Made by a program: the position numbers and the translations under genes
Notes under the pieces: model-generated
What the model was told of the DNA's origin: nothing
The model's input: the letters and a program-made list of their open reading frames with translations, nothing else
Database searches by the model: none
Assembly: GCA_958296135.2 (NCBI GenBank)
Contig: CATQHZ020000001.1
Span: 3,808,001-3,872,000, forward strand
Reading direction: 5' to 3'
DNA length: 64,000 nucleotides
Source of the DNA: an uncultured Poribacteria bacterium
Lineage (GTDB): Bacteria > Poribacteria > WGA-4E > WGA-3G
Shown: in pieces, positions 59,888-64,000 of the stretch
Layout: the number at the start of each line of letters is the position of its first letter
Position numbering within the stretch: position 1 is the stretch's first letter

Positions 59888-61255
59888 TTAACGGAGTGCA
59901 GAGACGTTGAAGTCCGGATAGGCATTTGCACCGTGCTCTTCAAAGTCAAGTCCGCGCATCTCTTCTTCCTCGCTGACGCGCAAGCCAGTGGCAGCTTTGA
60001 TGCCGTAGAACAGCGCGAAGCCGGTAATTAGACACCATCCGAGAACGGCGATGACTCCGACAAACTGTACCCAGAGGAAGCCAAAGGCGGCCCCTTTATC
60101 GGCGGCGAAGAAAACACCGTCTGTTTTGTGGAAGAATCCGAGGAGGAGCGTGCCTAACGCACCACACACGCCATGCACGGAGATGGCACCAACCGGGTCA
60201 TCGATGTGGAGGCGTTCAAGCAATAGCACGCTCAGCACCACGACGATACCGCCGAGTAAACCGATAATTACGGCAGAGGCCGGGGTAACGAACGCACAAG
60301 GTGCCGTAATTGCTACGAGTCCGGCGAGCGCGCCGTTGAGGGCCATACCTGCATCCGGTTTACCAAGGATAATCCACGCGGTAATCATTGAGGCAATAGC
60401 CCCCGCTGCAGCGGCGATGTTCGTGGTTACCGCGATGAGGGAAATGTCCGCTGCGTCTGCACCCATCTGGCTGCCGGGGTTAAAACCGAACCACCCAAGC
60501 CACAGAATAAAGACACCGAGCGCGGCAAGCGGAAGATTGTGCCCGGCAATCGGCCGAGGGTTACCCTCGCCATCGTATTTGCCGATGCGGGGCCCTAAGA
60601 CGATAGCACCCGTCAATGCCAACCATCCCCCTGTCGAATGGACAACCGTTGAACCGGCGAAGTCAAGCATCCCCAAGCTTGATAACCACCCGCCGCCCCA
60701 AATCCAGTGCCCGACGATGGGATAGATAATGCCGGTGATGAAAAGGCTATAAATCAAGTAACTTTTGAACTGCGTGCGTTCCGCCATCGCGCCGGATACG
60801 ATGGTAGCTGCCGTCGCAGCGAAAACGAGCTGGAAGAGCCACGCCGCATACGTCGGAACCGAACTCCACTCCAGTGAACCGAACGCGTTAGAATCTGCCG
60901 GGACGAACCAGCCGCTTGTGCCCATAAAGGCGTTCCCCGCACCAAACATAAGCGCAAACCCAATCGCCCAGTAGGCGATGGAGCCCATGGAGAAGTCCAT
61001 GAGGTTCTTCATGAGGATGTTCACGGCGTTCTTGGCGCGAGTAAACCCGGATTCAACCATGGCGAAACCCGCCTGCATAAAGAAGACGAGGAATGCAGCA
61101 ACCAGCACCCATAGCGTATCCGCCATATACTTCGCATCTGAGACTTTCTCGCCTTCAACAGCCCCATTGAGGGCGAAGGCGTTCGCGCTCAGAAGACAGA
61201 CGAGAGCCAGCATTATAACGATGCCCTGATAGAAACTTCGAGGAATCTTTTTCAT
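59888..61255 (-). CDS. amt: Ammonium transporter (second subfamily)
   Basis: FFMQAGFAMVE, DFAGSTVVH and DDPVGAISVHG motifs. Confidence 0.93.
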   Translation of the reverse strand: MKKIPRSFYQGIVIMLALVCLLSANAFALNGAVEGEKVSDAKYMADTLWVLVAAFLVFFMQAGFAMVESGFTRAKNAVNILMKNLMDFSMGSIAYWAIGFALMFGAGNAFMGTSGWFVPADSNAFGSLEWSSVPTYAAWLFQLVFAATAATIVSGAMAERTQFKSYLIYSLFITGIIYPIVGHWIWGGGWLSSLGMLDFAGSTVVHSTGGWLALTGAIVLGPRIGKYDGEGNPRPIAGHNLPLAALGVFILWLGWFGFNPGSQMGADAADISLIAVTTNIAAAAGAIASMITAWIILGKPDAGMALNGALAGLVAITAPCAFVTPASAVIIGLLGGIVVVLSVLLLERLHIDDPVGAISVHGVCGALGTLLLGFFHKTDGVFFAADKGAAFGFLWVQFVGVIAVLGWCLITGFALFYGIKAATGLRVSEEEEMRGLDFEEHGANAYPDFNVSALR

Positions 61256-61406
61256 GTCAAATATCTCCTTTGTCTTGAAAGCGTGCTCTCGACGTTGAGA
61301 GCCGCTTCTCACACCAAATTAACCTCAGCAAGACAAATCAACCTAAGTCGTGCCCTTGCCTCAACAGCGAATCGAACTGGATTCGCTGTTATTTCTACAA
61401 GGCTTG

Positions 61407-62126
61407 CTACCACGAGCGGACGAACGTCATGCGCCCAGTCAGCCCGGTATCCTCGTCCTCTTTTTGGGTTTCAAACCCAACGAAAAGCCCCAAGGTGTTG
61501 TTTTCGCCGTAGCCGAGGTTAAGGCGGCCGCCAGCGACAAGGCTACCGAGCCCGCCGTCATCGCCTAAATCAAGCGTTACTTCAACTTGCGGGCCGACAG
61601 CGACGGTGTCGTTAATAGCATAAAGAATGAAATCGCGCGTATACAGCGCATCTCCCGCATCCTCATCAAACGGAGAATTGAAGAATCCTTGAATCCACGA
61701 TTCAAAATAGATGGAACCGGCGGTGAGATACGTAAACAGCTGCGGAGCAATCAGCGAAGAAGGCCCATTCGGCGCAGTATAATCAAAACCGATGCCTACC
61801 ATCGGGAGGAAACTCAGCGACAGCGCATCGCTGTCAACAACAGGAATACCGAGGCCGATGTCGAATTCACCGAAGGTATCCACGACGTAAATATCGCTAT
61901 CCAGCGAGATACTGCCGAGGGAGTGACTGGCACCAAACCAGTACTGCGTACCCAAGCCGTCCGTATCTATTCGGAACCACCCAGAGGTACTGGATTCTTC
62001 CGCTTCTTCCATCTCCATTTCTTCCCCCATTTCGTGCTCTTCCGCGTAGACTGAGGGGACGCTAGCAACTGCCAACATGCACGCGATTGCCAACAATCGG
62101 GTTAACCAAAACGCTTTACTTCTCAT
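61407..62126 (-). CDS. Putative outer-membrane beta-barrel protein
   Basis: Signal peptide, alternating beta-strand pattern, terminal Trp; first gene of the amt cluster. Confidence 0.6.
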   Translation of the reverse strand: MRSKAFWLTRLLAIACMLAVASVPSVYAEEHEMGEEMEMEEAEESSTSGWFRIDTDGLGTQYWFGASHSLGSISLDSDIYVVDTFGEFDIGLGIPVVDSDALSLSFLPMVGIGFDYTAPNGPSSLIAPQLFTYLTAGSIYFESWIQGFFNSPFDEDAGDALYTRDFILYAINDTVAVGPQVEVTLDLGDDGGLGSLVAGGRLNLGYGENNTLGLFVGFETQKEDEDTGLTGRMTFVRSW

Positions 62127-62444
62127 GAAAGAAAATCTCCTTTTAGCAGGGCGGAGGGACTATCCCATGCCCAACAATTTTGTAAAAAAGCGCGCCGATG
62201 CGCGTCACATACCAAATTCACCGCTACCGGATTTGTCTTGATACCGGCATCAATTTGTGATATATTTCAATATGAGCGGCACTAATATAGCACCTATCTT
62301 TCACTTAAAGCAAAATGCGTGCCAATTGTCGCTGAAAGCCTATCTCCGCCGATGAAGAAGGGACATGGAGGCGTGCGGCTCTCGGGTTGCTCGCTGAGTG
62401 CCCTCCCTATTTTTCTGCGCTTAGGAGACAAACTGATAATAAAA

Positions 62445-63899
62445 ATGCTGAAATTTTCATCAAAACATTGCCAAAAAGATTTGCAATCGGTAGCCGCGCT
62501 GTGGAAATGCACGCCGCTGTTGAGCACCGTTGTTATCATTGGCGCGATGCTCCGATTCTGGAAACTAGGTGAGTGGAGTTTCTGGAAGGACGAAGTCTTC
62601 ATGGTGCTAGACGCGCAACAGCTCACCCTAGACAACTCGCCTATTAACCCGATTCCGTATCTGGCGGTGAAGTTATCCATCATCCTCGCAGGCGATAGCG
62701 AATGGGGAAGTCGCCTCATGCCATGCATCGTAGGCATTCTCTCTATTCCTATCATCTTTGGTTTGGGAAGGACGCTCTTCAATTGGCGGGTAGGGCTTCT
62801 CGCAGCGGCGTTCGTATCGTTCTCTAGTTGGCATCTGTTTTGGGCACAGAACGCGCGTTGTTCCTACATCTGGACATTTCTTTTCGCGGCGTTAACGGCG
62901 TGGCTCTTCTATCTGTCGGTAAAACGCAATTCCATGCTGTTGACATTCGGCGCGCTTTTCACCTGTATCTGTCTGATTTTATCGCATCTCCTCGCGGTGT
63001 TTATGGTGCCGGCGCTAGCGGTGTACGCGGTATTTTGTCTGTTGGATTTGCAATCTGGCGCGCCCTCCCGGTCGCGATTAGAAAATCGCGACTACCGAAA
63101 GATGTGGCTAAATTTGCTCATCTTTTTCGGGCCGTTCGCCGCACCGATGCTAGCACTCGTGCACCCGAAAATTCACGGATACCTCTTCTCCGGATGGGGG
63201 CTCAACGAATGGAGTCGCAGCCCCCTCTACATTGTGCTGACGCTCGTCCAAGGGGTGAGTATCCCAATAGCCGTTACCGCTTTCTTCGGGGGCATCGCCT
63301 CCCCATCTAAGCGTCCCACTCGGTTTCTCATCTGTTACGCCGGTGTCCCGCTGCTGCTCTTTCTGATTGCATCGCAGTTCCAAAACGTCGCAGGCTACTA
63401 TCTATTCTGGACAACGCCGGCGTACTTCATCCTCGCCGCAGTCGCATGTGAACGGCTATACGCGAAGTTAGGACGCACGCTCTTCGGCGCGCTCGTACCC
63501 TGCATCCTCCTCCTAAACATGGCAGCACAAGACTATCTCTATTTTAACGTCGAAAACGGCGGGCGGCCGAAATGGCGCGAGACTTTTGATGTCATCCGAA
63601 CATATAAGAAACCTAACGATAAAGTGGTACTCTCAGAACCGGAGATGGGGAAATATTACCTCCCAGAATTGGAAACGATTTACATCGGGAGTTTGATAGA
63701 AAACGCGGCAGGATTTGAGAAGCAGTGGATATCGCAGAAGCACCGGTTGTGGTTCGTCGTCGATGTGGGGAGTTTTAACGTGTTCGATGCAAATAAGAAG
63801 GTACGTGAATGGATTCGCCAGCGCGGACGCATGGTTCGCACGTTACCGACATTTTCTCGGGCGAAAGAGCGCACGATCTACCTCTATTTGCTGGAGTGA
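62445..63899 (+). CDS. GT-C family glycosyltransferase (PMT_2 / GT39-like)
   Basis: LRFWKLG..SFWKDE, E...RL and Q.AR..Y motifs; multiple transmembrane segments; start uncertain. Confidence 0.8.
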   Translation: MLKFSSKHCQKDLQSVAALWKCTPLLSTVVIIGAMLRFWKLGEWSFWKDEVFMVLDAQQLTLDNSPINPIPYLAVKLSIILAGDSEWGSRLMPCIVGILSIPIIFGLGRTLFNWRVGLLAAAFVSFSSWHLFWAQNARCSYIWTFLFAALTAWLFYLSVKRNSMLLTFGALFTCICLILSHLLAVFMVPALAVYAVFCLLDLQSGAPSRSRLENRDYRKMWLNLLIFFGPFAAPMLALVHPKIHGYLFSGWGLNEWSRSPLYIVLTLVQGVSIPIAVTAFFGGIASPSKRPTRFLICYAGVPLLLFLIASQFQNVAGYYLFWTTPAYFILAAVACERLYAKLGRTLFGALVPCILLLNMAAQDYLYFNVENGGRPKWRETFDVIRTYKKPNDKVVLSEPEMGKYYLPELETIYIGSLIENAAGFEKQWISQKHRLWFVVDVGSFNVFDANKKVREWIRQRGRMVRTLPTFSRAKERTIYLYLLE

Positions 63900-64000
63900 C
63901 ACCAAATTGTGTCGATTCGTCTCGCATCTGTAGGTGGCACTCGCCCGGTTTTGCCCTGTTTGAGAACGCTTGGAGACAGCTGTCCTTACCCTTCCTGCGA

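Noticed and set aside
1-64000. tRNA, rRNA, cas1/cas2 or prophage structural genes
   Set aside because: None were recognised by eye. DUF5131 alone does not indicate a prophage.

Overview
Bacterial chromosomal window. It is probably from Candidatus Poribacteria; this is inferred from a KLAxTWAxMK C-terminal motif, many NHL, DUF4159 and VWA proteins, REP-like palindromes and expanded restriction-modification genes. The first ~15 kb is a defence/mobile cluster: a CfrBI-like type II R-M pair, a type IIG/ISP-like R-M enzyme, a non-autonomous IS607-type tnpB, a deleted tcmP next to DUF5131, a TIR-like protein and a truncated hicAB. The highlight is a minus-strand unit at 9957-13304: sigma70 promoter, then a 20-repeat CRISPR array (30-nt repeat, 19 spacers), then an omegaRNA/HEARO scaffold whose 5' end is an anti-repeat, then an intact 540-aa IscB with a ~70-aa insertion at the REC position. 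There is no cas1/cas2 in the window. The layout looks like a dual-RNA (crRNA plus tracr-like omegaRNA) IscB-to-Cas9 intermediate, and each repeat carries a candidate extended -10 promoter. A second variable region (30.6-38.9 kb) holds tandem PD-(D/E)XK-like paralogues, two near-identical methyltransferases with different target-recognition segments, and a decayed IS607 whose tnpA remnant contains two Y-shaped palindromes. The rest is mostly housekeeping or metabolic (tsaB, aroA, nusB, lptFG, purD, two amt genes). All assignments come from motif recognition; no database searches were run.
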